Assembly: GCA_964016885.1 (NCBI GenBank)
Contig: OZ024742.1
Coordinates: forward strand, 12,772,001-12,836,000
DNA from: Eledone cirrhosa
Lineage: Eukaryota
Reading direction: 5' to 3'
Length of the DNA: 64,000 nucleotides
Positions 30,001-43,000 of the stretch are shown piece by piece; within the stretch, counting starts at the first letter, position 1; each line of letters opens with the position of its first letter. The notes below the pieces were generated by a model. It did no database searches, was not told the DNA's origin, and saw only the letters and a program-made list of their open reading frames with translations. The position numbers and the translations under genes are program-made.

Positions 30001-32177
30001 ATAGATTATATCTAAACAGCAAGCCTTGTAAAGGGCCTCATGTTTGCCATGCCTGATATAGATTATATCTAAACAGCAAGCCTTGTAAAGGGCCTCATGT
30101 TTGCCATGCCTGATATAGATTATATCTAAACAGCAAGCCTTGTAAAGGGCCTCATGTTTGCCATGCCTGATATAGATTATATCTAAACAGCAGGCAAGCC
30201 TTGTAAAGGGCCTCATGTTTGCCATGCCTGATATAGATTATATCTAAACAGCAGGCAAGCCTTGTAAAGGGCCTCATGTTTGCCATGCCTGATATAGATT
30301 ATATCTAAACAGCAAGCCATGTAAAGGGCCTCATGTTTGCCATGCCTGATATAGATTATATCTAAACAGCAAGCCTTGTAAAGAGCCTCATGTTTGCCAT
30401 GCCTGATATAGATTATATCTAAACAGCAGGCAAGCCTTGTAAAGGGCCTCATGTTTGCCATGCCTGATATAGATTATATCTAACAGCAAGCCTTGTAAAG
30501 GGCCTCATGTTTGCCATGCCTGATATAGATTATATCTAAACAGCAAGCCTTGTAAAGAGCCTCATGTTTGCCATGCCTGATATAGATTATATCTAAACAG
30601 CAAGCCTTGTAAAGGGCCTCATGTTTGCCATGCCTGATATAGATTATATCTAAACAGCAAGCCTTGTAAAGAGCCTCATGTTTGCCATGCCTGATATAGA
30701 TTATATCTAAACAGCAAGCCTTGTAAAGGGCCTCATGTTTGCCATGCCTGATATAGATTATATCTAAACAGCAAGCCTTGTAAAGAGCCTCATGTTTGCC
30801 ATGCCTGATATAGATTATATCTAAACAGCAAGCCTTGTAAAGGGCCTCATGTTTGCCATGCCTGATATAGATTATATCTAAACAGCAAGCCTTGTAAAGA
30901 GCCTCATGTTTGCCATGCCTGATATAGATTATATCTAAACAGCAAGCCTTGTAAAGGGCCTCATGTTTGCCATGCCTGATATAGATTATATCTAAACAGC
31001 AAGCCTTGTAAAGGGCCTCATGTTTGCCATGCCTGATATAGATTATATCTAAACAGCAGGCAAGCCTTGTAAAGGGCCTCATGTTTGCCATGCCTGATAT
31101 AGATTATATCTAAACAGCAGGCAAGCCTTGTAAAGGGCCTCATGTTTGCCATGCCTGATATAGATTATATCTAAACAGCAAGCCATGTAAAGGGCCTCAT
31201 GTTTGCCATGCCTGATATAGATTATATCTAAACAGCAAGCCTTGTAAAGAGCCTCATGTTTGCCATGCCTGATATAGATTATATCTAAACAGCAGGCAAG
31301 CCTTGTAAAGGGCCTCATGTTTGCCATGCCTGATATAGATTATATCTAAACAGCAAGCCTTGTAAAGGGCCTCATGTTTGCCATGCCTGATATAGATTAA
31401 ATCTAAACAGCAAGCCTTGTAAAGAGCCTCATGTTTGCCATGCCTGATATAGATTATATCTAAACAGCAAGCCTTGTAAAGGGCCTCATGTTTGCCATGC
31501 CTGATATAGATTATATCTAAACAGCAAGCCTTGTAAAGAGCCTCATGTTTGCCATGCCTGATATAGATTATATCTAAACAGCAAGCCTTGTAAAGGGCCT
31601 CATGTTTGCCATGCCTGATATAGATTATATCTAAACAGCAGGCAAGCCTTGTAAAGGGCCTCATGTTTGCCATGCCTGATATAGATTATATCTAAACAGC
31701 AAGCCTTGTAAAGAGCCTCATGTTTGCCATGCCTGATATAGATTATATCTAAACAGCAAGCCTTGTAAAGGGCCTCATGTTTGCCATGCCTGATATAGAT
31801 TATATCTAAACAGCAGGCCTTGTAAAGGGCCTCATGTTTGCCATGCCTGATATAGATTATATCTAAACAGCAAGCCTTGTAAAGGGCCTCATGTTTGCCA
31901 TGCCTGATATAGATTATATCTAAACAGCAAGCCTTGTAAAGGGCCTCATGTTTGCCATGCCTGATATAGATTATATCTAAACAGCAAGCCTTGTAAAGGG
32001 CCTCATGTTTGCCATGCCTGATATAGATTATATCTAAACAGCAGGCAAGCCTTGTAAAGGGCCTCATGTTTGCCATGCCTGATATAGATTATATCTAAAC
32101 AGCAGGCAGGCCTTGTAAAGGGCCTCATGTTTGCCATGCCTGATATAGATTATATCTAAACAGCAGGCAAGCCTTGT
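1..32177. repeat. Satellite array, mixed 57-bp and 61-bp monomers (~550 copies, truncated by left window edge)
   Basis: 57-bp consensus AGATTATATCTAAACAGCAAGCCTTGTAAAGGGCCTCATGTTTGCCATGCCTGATAT; the 61-bp form has a 4-bp insertion (CAGCAGGCAAGCC vs CAGCAAGCC). Head-to-tail, same orientation throughout, ends sharply at ...GCAAGCCTTGT 32177. Confidence 0.99.
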
Positions 32178-32346
32178 TTTCTTTAATGCAGTTTCGAGTC
32201 CATCTCAATCTCAATGAATCCCGTCTCATTTTTATGATGTCGATACTTTTTAATTATTGTTGGTAACGTCTTTTGGTTATATATTCAGCTAATGAATCAG
32301 GAATACATATATCATATAGATATATAAAGGTGACTATACTCTACTA

Positions 32347-32466
32347 ATGTATTGAGTACCTTATTTAACTGTGGTCACCTCGGGAAACCACCACATATTA
32401 TATATATATATATGTTTCTCCCGGGTCAATCTGGGGTAACCACAGTAAGTAAAGTACTCAATACAT
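32347..32466. repeat. Imperfect inverted repeat (~33-bp arms) around a (TA)n core
   Basis: ATGTATTGAGTACCTTATTTAACTGTGGTCACC (32347-32379) vs GGTAACCACAGTAAGTAAAGTACTCAATACAT (32435-32466), whose reverse complement is ATGTATTGAGTACTTTACTTACTGTGGTTACC. Confidence 0.85.
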
Positions 32467-32491
32467 AGAGTATAAATATTTAATATAGAAA

Positions 32492-32814
<323 letters not shown>

Positions 32815-32934
32815 ATTTATAATACGGGCATATATATGTGAGAAAGAAGAAAAAGAAAAGAAAGAAAAAAAAGAAAATAAGAATAAAAAAGGACAAGAAA
32901 TGAAGAAGAATCGATCTTAAAACTAAATTCATAT

Positions 32935-32998
32935 TTTTTTATCGATCTCAAGGGTGTGAATGAAGAGGGTTAGCTCGACGCAGATTTCAACAGAGAAC
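32935..32998 (-). mobile_element. Degenerate SINE fragment (family A)
   Basis: TTTATCGATCTCAAGGGTGTGAATGAAGAGGGTTAGCTCGACGCAGATTTCAACAGAGAAC loosely follows the minus-strand family A copy at 52530-52592. Confidence 0.35.
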
Positions 32999-33470
32999 TC
33001 CGAGAATTCCCGTTGATTTAACAACTCCACCTAACTAGAATATTTGGGAAATGGTAAATATTTGACAACTTGTAACTTAAATGAAGATATGAATGTACTC
33101 CAAACAGAATGATTTACTGTTTAATTTCATTTGATTACGTAATATATTCAAGTCCCGATGGAAGTTCACTTTTCCATCAAATCGCCCTGGGACTATTTAC
33201 TGGAAATTATCCAACAGACTACGCCTCTCGCCACAAAACAAAGAGAAATGATTTTTACGTCGTAGAAATGAATCCATTACGTCCCAGAAAAATATAAACC
33301 CTGGAATATATTTCACTACATTTAGTTATGTTATCTACGTTGTGATTTCAAATCCAATCAATGCCAGTTCAATTCTTACCCGTTTAGGTCAATTTATTGA
33401 GCCTGGCTTGAAAAGAGATTTCAATAATATCCTCTATACTTATTCACTGTGAATATGTATCGTTGGATTC

Positions 33471-33625
33471 AGAGGCGGCGAACTTTTAGAGTCGTTAGAG
33501 CGTCGGATAGAATGGTTTGTGGCATTCGTTACGTCTCTCTGAGTTCAAATCCCGACGGGGTCAATTTTTGCCTTCCATCCATTCAAGGTAGATGATAAAA
33601 GTACCAGTCTAGTACTGGGGCTGAT
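33471..33625 (+). mobile_element. tRNA-derived SINE, family A
   Basis: GGCGGCGAAC head, B-box-like GAGTTCAAATCCC, then TTTGCCTTCCATCC and AAAAGTACCAGT; homologous to copies at 52300, 52520 (minus) and 61208. Confidence 0.8.
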
Positions 33626-33728
33626 TCTTCTTTTATATCTCTTTCTCATGTTTGCCTTCTCCCACATTCTGTCCTTCTCTGGAAGAAATCTGCTGTATTC
33701 AGGCCTGGAGAGGAGATGAGCTCGGCCA

Positions 33729-33930
33729 GGACATACCGTATGCCACTACGGCGCCCTGGACACACCGTATGCCACTACGGCGCCCTGGACACACCGTATG
33801 CCACTACGGCGCCCTGGACACACCGTATGCCACTACGGCGCCCTGGACACACCGTATGCCACTACGGCGCCCTGGACACACCGTATGCCACTACGGCGCC
33901 CTGGACACACCGTATGCCACTACGGCGCCC
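33729..33930. repeat. GC-rich 29-bp minisatellite, ~7 copies
   Basis: Unit GGACACACCGTATGCCACTACGGCGCCCT, nearly invariant; internal hairpin CCGTA-N6-TACGG. Confidence 0.97.
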
Positions 33931-33979
33931 CTATGACTCCATCAGGAGTTATGGGACGGTGCCATACCATAGTTGAACT

Positions 33980-34030
33980 CGGGTGTCTCAGTGGTTAGCT
34001 CATGAGTTTCATTCTCAGCGACACGTGGAC
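33980..34030 (+). mobile_element. Degenerate 5' tRNA-like head of a SINE (family B-related) leading into the 38-bp satellite
   Basis: GGTGTCTCAGTGGTTAG (A-box-like) and GAGTTTCATTCTC (B-box-like) lie directly upstream of the first monomer, in the same order as in the SINE at 61630-61918. Confidence 0.5.
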
Positions 34031-37000
34031 GATGTACCCTTCAGCAAGACACTTTATTTCACCTTGACGTTATACCCTTCAGCAAGACACTTTATTTCAC
34101 CTTGACGTTGTGACCTTCAGCAACACACTTTATTTCACCTTGACGTTGTGACCTTCAGCAAGACACTTTATTTCACATTGACGTTGTACCCTCCAACAAG
34201 ACACTTTATTTCACCTTGACGTTGTGACCTTCAGCAAGACACTTTATTTCACGTTGACGTTGTACCCTTCAGCAAGACACTTTATTTCACCTTGACGTTG
34301 TGACCTTCAGCAAGACACTTTATTTCACATTGACGTTGTACCCTTCAGCAAGACACTTTATTTCACCTTGACGTTGTGACCTTCAGCAAGACACTTTATT
34401 TCACATTGACGTTGTACCCTCCAGCAAGACACTTTATTTCACCTTGACGTTGTGACCTTCAGCAAGACACTTTATTTCACGTTGACGTTGTGACCTTCAG
34501 CAATACACTTTATTTCACCTTGACGTTGTGACCTTCAGCAAGACACTTTATTTCACATTGACGTTGTACCCTCCAGCAAGACACTTTATTTCACCTTGAC
34601 GTTGTGACCTTCAGCAAGACACTTTATTTCACGTTGACGTTGTACCCTTCAGCAAGACACTTTATTTCACCTTGACGTTGTGACCTTCAGCAAGACACTT
34701 TATTTCACATTGACGTTGTACCCTTCAGCAAGACACTTTATTTCACCTTGACGTTGTGACCTTCAGCAAGACACTTTATTTCACGTTGACGTTGTGACCT
34801 TCAGCAAGACACTTTATTTCATCTTGACGTTGTGACCTTCAGCAAGACACTTTATTTCACGTTGACGTTGTACCCTTCAGCAAGACACTTTATTTCACCT
34901 TGACGTTGTGACCTTCAGCAAGACACTTTATTTCACGTTGACGTTGTGACCTTCAGCAAGACACTTTATTTCACCTTGACGTTGTGACCTTCAGCAAGAC
35001 ACTTTATTTCACGTTGACGTTGTACCCTTCAGCAAGACACTTTATTTCACCTTGACGTTGTGACCTTCAGCAAGACACTTTATTTTACATTGACGTTGTA
35101 CCCTTCAGCAAGACACTTTATTTCACCTTGACGTTGTGACCTTCAGCAATACACTTTATTTCACCTTGACGTTGTGACCTTCAGCAATACACTTTATTTC
35201 ACCTTGACGTTGTGACCTTCAGCAAGACACTTTATTTCACGTTGACGTTGTACCCTTCAGCAAGACACTTTATTTCACCTTGACGTTGTGACCTTCAGCA
35301 ATACACTTTATTTCACCTTGACGTTGTGACCTTCAGCAAGACACTTTATTTCACGTTGACGTTGTGACCTTCAGCAATACACTTTATTTCACCTTGACGT
35401 TGTGACCTTCAGCAAGACACTTTATTTCACATTGACGTTGTACCCTCCAGCAAGACACTTTATTTCACCTTGACGTTGTGACCTTCAGAAAGACACTTTA
35501 TTTCACATTGACGTTGTGACCTTCAGCAAGACACTTTATTTCACCTTGACGTTGTGACCTTCAGCGAGACACATTATTTCACCTTGACGTTGTGACCTTC
35601 AGCAAGACACTTTATTTCACCTTGACGTTGTGACCTTCAGCAAGACACTTTATTTCACGTTGACGTTGTGACCTTCAGCAAGACACTTTATTTCACCTTG
35701 ACGTTGTGACCTTCAGCAAGACACTTTATTTCACGTTGACGTTGTACCCTCCAGCAAGACACTTTATTTCACCTTGACGTTGTGACCTTCAGCAAGACAC
35801 TTTATTTCACATTGACGTTGTACCCTTCAGCAAGACACTTTATTTCACCTTGACGTTGTGACCTTCAGCAAGACACTTTATTTCACGTTGACGTTGTGAC
35901 CTTCAGCAATACACTTTATTTCACCTTGACGTTGTGACCTTCAGCAAGACACTTTATTTCACATTGACGTTGTACCCTCCAGCAAGACACTTTATTTCAC
36001 CTTGACGTTGTGACCTTCAGCAAGACACTTTATTTCACGTTGACGTTGTACCCTTCAGCAAGACACTTTATTTCACCTTGACGTTGTGACCTTCAGCAAG
36101 ACACTTTATTTCACATTGACGTTGTACCCTTCAGCAAGACACTTTATTTCACCTTGACGTTGTGACCTTCAGCAAGACACTTTATTTCACGTTGACGTTG
36201 TGACCTTCAGCAAGACACTTTATTTCACCTTGACGTTGTGACCTTCAGCAAGACACTTTATTTCACGTTGACGTTGTACCCTTCAGCAAGACACTTTATT
36301 TCACCTTGACGTTGTGACCTTCAGCAAGACACTTTATTTCACGTTGACGTTGTGACCTTCAGCAAGACACTTTATTTCACCTTGACGTTGTGACCTTCAG
36401 CAAGACACTTTATTTCACGTTGACGTTGTACCCTTCAGCAAGACACTTTATTTCACCTTGACGTTGTGACCTTCAGCAAGACACTTTATTTCACATTGAC
36501 GTTGTACCCTTCAGCAAGACACTTTATTTCACCTTGACGTTGTGACCTTCAGCAATACACTTTATTTCACCTTGACGTTGTGACCTTCAGCAATACACTT
36601 TATTTCACCTTGACGTTGTGACCTTCAGCAAGACACTTTATTTCACGTTGACGTTGTACCCTTCAGCAAGACACTTTATTTCACCTTGACGTTGTGACCT
36701 TCAGCAATACACTTTATTTCACCTTGACGTTGTGACCTTCAGCAAGACACTTTATTTCACGTTGACGTTGTGACCTTCAGCAATACACTTTATTTCACCT
36801 TGACGTTGTGACCTTCAGCAAGACACTTTATTTCACATTGACGTTGTACCCTCCAGCAAGACACTTTATTTCACCTTGACGTTGTGACCTTCAGAAAGAC
36901 ACTTTATTTCACCTTGACGTTGTGACCTTCAGCAAGACACTTTATTTCACCTTGACGTTGTGACCTTCAGCGAGACACATTATTTCACCTTGACGTTGTG

Positions 37001-40000
37001 ACCTTCAGCAAGACACTTTATTTCACCTTGACGTTGTGACCTTCAGCAAGACACTTTATTTCACCTTGACGTTGTGACCTTCAGCAAGACACTTTATTTC
37101 ACGTTGACGTTGTGACCTTCAGCAAGACACTTTATTTCACCTTGACGTTGTACCCTTCAGCAAGACACTTTATTTCACCTTGACGTTGTGACCTTCAGCA
37201 AGACACTTTATTTCACCTTGACGTTGTGATCTTCAGCAAGACACTTTATTTCACCTTGACGTTGTGACCTTCAGCAACACACTTTATTTCACGTTGACGT
37301 TGTACCCTTCAGCAAGACACTTTATTTCACCTTGACGTTGTACCCTTCAGCAAGACACTTTATTTCACCTTGACGTTGTGACCTTCAGCAAGACACTTTA
37401 TTTCACCTTGACGTTGAACCCTTCAGCAAGACACTTTATTTCACGTTGACGTTGTGACCTTCAGCAAGACACTTTATTTCACGTTGACGTTATACCCTCC
37501 AGCAAGACACTTTATTTCACGTTCACGTTGTGACCTTCAGCAAGACACTTTATTTCACGTTGACGTTGTGACCTTCAGCAAGACCGTTTATTTCACGTTG
37601 ACGTTGTGACCTTCAGCAAGACACTTTATTTCACCTTGATGTTGTACCCTTCAGCAAGACACTTTATTTCACGTTGACGTTATACCCTTCAGCAAGACAC
37701 TTTATTTCACGTTGACGTTGTGACCTTCAGCAAGACACTTTATTTCACCTTGACGTTGTACCCTTCAGCAAGACACTTTATTTCACGTTGACGTTATACC
37801 CTTCAGCAAGACCGTTTATTTCACGTTGACGTTGTGACCTTCAGCAATACACTTTATTTCACCTTGACGTTGTACCCTTCAGCAAGACACTTTATTTCAC
37901 GTTGACGTTATACCCTTCAGCAAGACACTTTTTTTCACATTGACGTTGTTACCTTCAGCAAGACACTTTATTTCAGCTTGACGTTGTACCCTTCAGCAAG
38001 ACACTTTATTTCACGTTGACGTTGTGACCTTCAGCAAGACACTTTATTTCACATTGACGTTGTACCCTCCAGCAAGACACTTTATTTCACCTTGACGTTG
38101 TGACCTTCAGCAAGACACTTCATTTCACCTTGACGTTGTGACCCTCAGCAAGACACTTTATTTCACCTTGACGTTGTACCCTTCAGCAAGACACTTTATT
38201 TCACTTTGACGTTGTGACCTTCAGCAAGACACTTTATTTCACGTTGACGTTGTACCCTGCAGCAAGACACTTTATAGCACCTTGACGTTGTGACCTTCAG
38301 CAAGACACTTTATTTCACCTTGACGTTGTACCCTTCAGCAAGACACTTTATTTCACCTTGACGTTGTACCCTTCAGCAAGACACTTTATTTCACATTGAC
38401 GTTGTGACCTTCAGCAAGACACTTTATTTCACCTTGACGTTGTGACCTTCAGCAAGACACTTTATTTCACGTTGACGTTGTGACCTTCAGCAAGACACTT
38501 TATTTCACCTTGACGTTGTGACCTTCAGCAAGACACTTTATTTCACGTTGACGTTGTACCCTCCAGCAAGACACTTTATTTCACCTTGACGTTGTGACCT
38601 TCAGCAAGACACTTTATTTCACATTGACGTTGTACCCTTCAGCAAGACACTTTATTTCACCTTGACGTTGTGACCTTCAGCAAGACACTTTATTTCACGT
38701 TGACGTTGTGACCTTCAGCAATACACTTTATTTCACCTTGACGTTGTGACCTTCAGCAAGACACTTTATTTCACATTGACGTTGTACCCTCCAGCAAGAC
38801 ACTTTATTTCACCTTGACGTTGTGACCTTCAGCAAGACACTTTATTTCACGTTGACGTTGTACCCTTCAGCAAGACACTTTATTTCACCTTGACGTTGTG
38901 ACCTTCAGCAAGACACTTTATTTCACATTGACGTTGTACCCTTCAGCAAGACACTTTATTTCACCTTGACGTTGTGACCTTCAGCAAGACACTTTATTTC
39001 ACGTTGACGTTGTGACCTTCAGCAAGACACTTTATTTCACCTTGACGTTGTGACCTTCAGCAAGACACTTTATTTCACGTTGACGTTGTACCCTTCAGCA
39101 ATACACTTTATTTCACCTTGACGTTGTGACCTTCAGCAAGACACTTTATTTCACATTGACGTTGTACCCTCCAGCAAGACACTTTATTTCACCTTGACGT
39201 TGTGACCTTCAGCAAGACACTTTATTTCACGTTGACGTTGTACCCTTCAGCAAGACACTTTATTTCACCTTGACGTTGTGACCTTCAGCAAGACACTTTA
39301 TTTCACATTGACGTTGTACCCTTCAGCAAGACACTTTATTTCACCTTGACGTTGTGACCTTCAGCAAGACACTTTATTTCACGTTGACGTTGTGACCTTC
39401 AGCAAGACACTTTATTTCACCTTGACGTTGTGACCTTCAGCAAGACACTTTATTTCACGTTGACGTTGTACCCTTCAGCAAGACACTTTATTTCACCTTG
39501 ACGTTGTGACCTTCAGCAAGACACTTTATTTCACGTTGACGTTGTGACCTTCAGCAAGACACTTTATTTCACCTTGACGTTGTGACCTTCAGCAAGACAC
39601 TTTATTTCACGTTGACGTTGTACCCTTCAGCAAGACACTTTATTTCACCTTGACGTTGTGACCTTCAGCAAGACACTTTATTTCACATTGACGTTGTACC
39701 CTTCAGCAAGACACTTTATTTCACCTTGACGTTGTGACCTTCAGCAATACACTTTATTTCACCTTGACGTTGTGACCTTCAGCAATACACTTTATTTCAC
39801 CTTGACGTTGTGACCTTCAGCAAGACACTTTATTTCACGTTGACGTTGTACCCTTCAGCAAGACACTTTATTTCACCTTGACGTTGTGACCTTCAGCAAT
39901 ACACTTTATTTCACCTTGACGTTGTGACCTTCAGCAAGACACTTTATTTCACGTTGACGTTGTGACCTTCAGCAATACACTTTATTTCACCTTGACGTTG

Positions 40001-43000
40001 TGACCTTCAGCAAGACACTTTATTTCACATTGACGTTGTACCCTCCAGCAAGACACTTTATTTCACCTTGACGTTGTGACCTTCAGAAAGACACTTTATT
40101 TCACCTTGACGTTGTGACCTTCAGCAAGACACTTTATTTCACCTTGACGTTGTGACCTTCAGCGAGACACATTATTTCACCTTGACGTTGTGACCTTCAG
40201 CAAGACACTTTATTTCACCTTGACGTTGTGACCTTCAGCAAGACACTTTATTTCACCTTGACGTTGTGACCTTCAGCAAGACACTTTATTTCACGTTGAC
40301 GTTGTGACCTTCAGCAAGACACTTTATTTCACCTTGACGTTGTACCCTTCAGCAAGACACTTTATTTCACCTTGACGTTGTGACCTTCAGCAAGACACTT
40401 TATTTCACCTTGACGTTGTGATCTTCAGCAAGACACTTTATTTCACCTTGACGTTGTGACCTTCAGCAACACACTTTATTTCACGTTGACGTTGTACCCT
40501 TCAGCAAGACACTTTATTTCACCTTGACGTTGTACCCTTCAGCAAGACACTTTATTTCACCTTGACGTTGTGACCTTCAGCAAGACACTTTATTTCACCT
40601 TGACGTTGAACCCTTCAGCAAGACACTTTATTTCACGTTGACGTTGTGACCTTCAGCAAGACACTTTATTTCACGTTGACGTTATACCCTCCAGCAAGAC
40701 ACTTTATTTCACGTTCACGTTGTGACCTTCAGCAAGACACTTTATTTCACGTTGACGTTGTGACCTTCAGCAAGACCGTTTATTTCACGTTGACGTTGTG
40801 ACCTTCAGCAAGACACTTTATTTCACCTTGACGTTGTACCCTTCAGCAAGACACTTTATTTCACGTTGACGTTATACCCTTCAGCAAGACACTTTATTTC
40901 ACGTTGACGTTGTGACCTTCAGCAAGACACTTTATTTCACCTTGACGTTGTACCCTTCAGCAAGACACTTTATTTCACGTTGACGTTATACCCTTCAGCA
41001 AGACCGTTTATTTCACGTTGACGTTGTGACCTTCAGCAAGACACTTTATTTCACCTTGACGTTGTACCCTTCAGCAAGACACTTTATTTCACGTTGACGT
41101 TATACCCTTCAGCAAGACACTTTATTTCACATTGACGTTGTTACCTTCAGCAAGACACTTTATTTCAGCTTGACGTTGTACCCTTCAGCAAGACACTTTA
41201 TTTCACGTTGACGTTGTGACCTTCAGCAAGACACTTTATTTCACATTGACGTTGTACCCTCCAGCAAGACACTTTATTTCACCTTGACGTTGTGACCTTC
41301 AGCAAGACACTTCATTTCACCTTGACGTTGTGACCCTCAGCAAGACACTTTATTTCACCTTGACGTTGTACCCTTCAGCAAGACACTTTATTTCACTTTG
41401 ACGTTGTGACCTTCAGCAAGACACTTTATTTCACGTTGACGTTGTACCCTGCAGCAAGACACTTTATAGCACCTTGACGTTGTGACCTTCAGCAAGACAC
41501 TTTATTTCACCTTGACGTTGTACCCTTCAGCAAGACACTTTATTTCACCTTGACGTTGTACCCTTCAGCAAGACACTTTATTTCACATTGACGTTGTGAC
41601 CTTCAGCAAGACACTTTATTTCACGTTGACGTTGTACCCTTCAACAAGACACTTTATTTCACCTTGACGTTGTACCCTTCAGCAAGACACTTTATTTCAC
41701 CTTGACGTTGTGACCTTCAGCAAGACACTTTATTTCACCTTGACGTTGTACCCTTTAGCAAGACACTTTATTTCACCATGACGTTGTGACCTTCAGCAAG
41801 ACACTTTATTTCACCTTGACGTTGTGACCTTCAGCAAGACACTTTATTTCACCTTGACGTTGTGTCCTTCAGCAAGACACTTTATTTCACCTTGACGTTG
41901 TGACCTTCAGCAATACACTTTATTTCACCTTGACGTTGTGACCTTCAGCAAGACACTTTATTTCACATTGACGTTGTTACCTTCAGCAAGACACTTTATT
42001 TCACCTTGACATTGTGACCTTCAGCAAGACACTTTATTTCACCTTGACGTTCTGACCTTCAGCAAGACACTTTATTTCACCTTGACGTTGTGACCTTCAG
42101 CAAGACACTTTATTTCACGTTGACGTTGTACATTTCAGCAAGACACTTTAATTCACCTTGACGTTGTGACCTTCAGCAAGACACTTTATTTCACGTTGAC
42201 GTTGTGACCTTCAGCAAGACGCTTTATTTCACTTTGACGTTGTACCCTTAAGCAAGACACTTTATTTCACGTTGACGTTGTGACCTTCAGCAAGACACTT
42301 TATTTCACGTTGACGTTGTGACCTTCAGCAAGACGCTTTATTTCACTTTGACGTTGTACCCTTAAGCAAGACACTTCATTTCACCTTGACGTTGTGACCT
42401 TCAGCAAGATACTTTATTTCACCTTGACGTTGTGACCTTCAGCAAGACACTTTATTTCACCTTGACGTTGTACCCTTCAGCAAGACACTTTATTTCACCT
42501 TGACGTTGTGACCTTCAGCAAGACACTTTATTTCACCTTGACGTTGTGACCTTCAGCAAGACACTTTATTTCACCTTGACGTTGTGACCTTCAGCAAGAC
42601 ACTTTATTTCACCTTGACGTTGTGATCTTCAGCAAGACACTTTATTTCACCTTGACGTTGTACCCTTCAGCAAGACACTTTATTTCACCTTGACGTTGTA
42701 CCCTCCAGCAAGACACTTTATTTCACCTTGACGTTGTGACCTTCAGCAAGACACTTCATTTCACCTTGACGTTGTGACCTTCAGCAAGACACTTTATTTC
42801 ACCTTGACGTTGTACCCTTCAGCAAGACACTTTATTTCACCTTGACGTTGTGACCTTCAGCAAGACACTTTATTTCACCTTGACGTTGTACCCTTCAGTA
42901 AGACACTTTATTTCACCTTGACGTTGTGACCTTCAGCAAGACACTTTATTTCACCTTGACGTTGTGACCTTCAGCAAGACACTTTATTTCACGTTGACGT

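Noticed and set aside
93-32076. About 90 ORFs beginning MANMRPFTRLACC... as a repeat-protein family or frameshift-switch system
   Set aside because: 57 bp is divisible by 3 and one minus-strand frame lacks stops, while each 61-mer shifts the frame. ORF lengths simply count consecutive 57-mers.
33652-33998. Three overlapping ORFs (MPLRRPGHT...)
   Set aside because: Product of the stop-free GC-rich 29-bp minisatellite cycling through frames.
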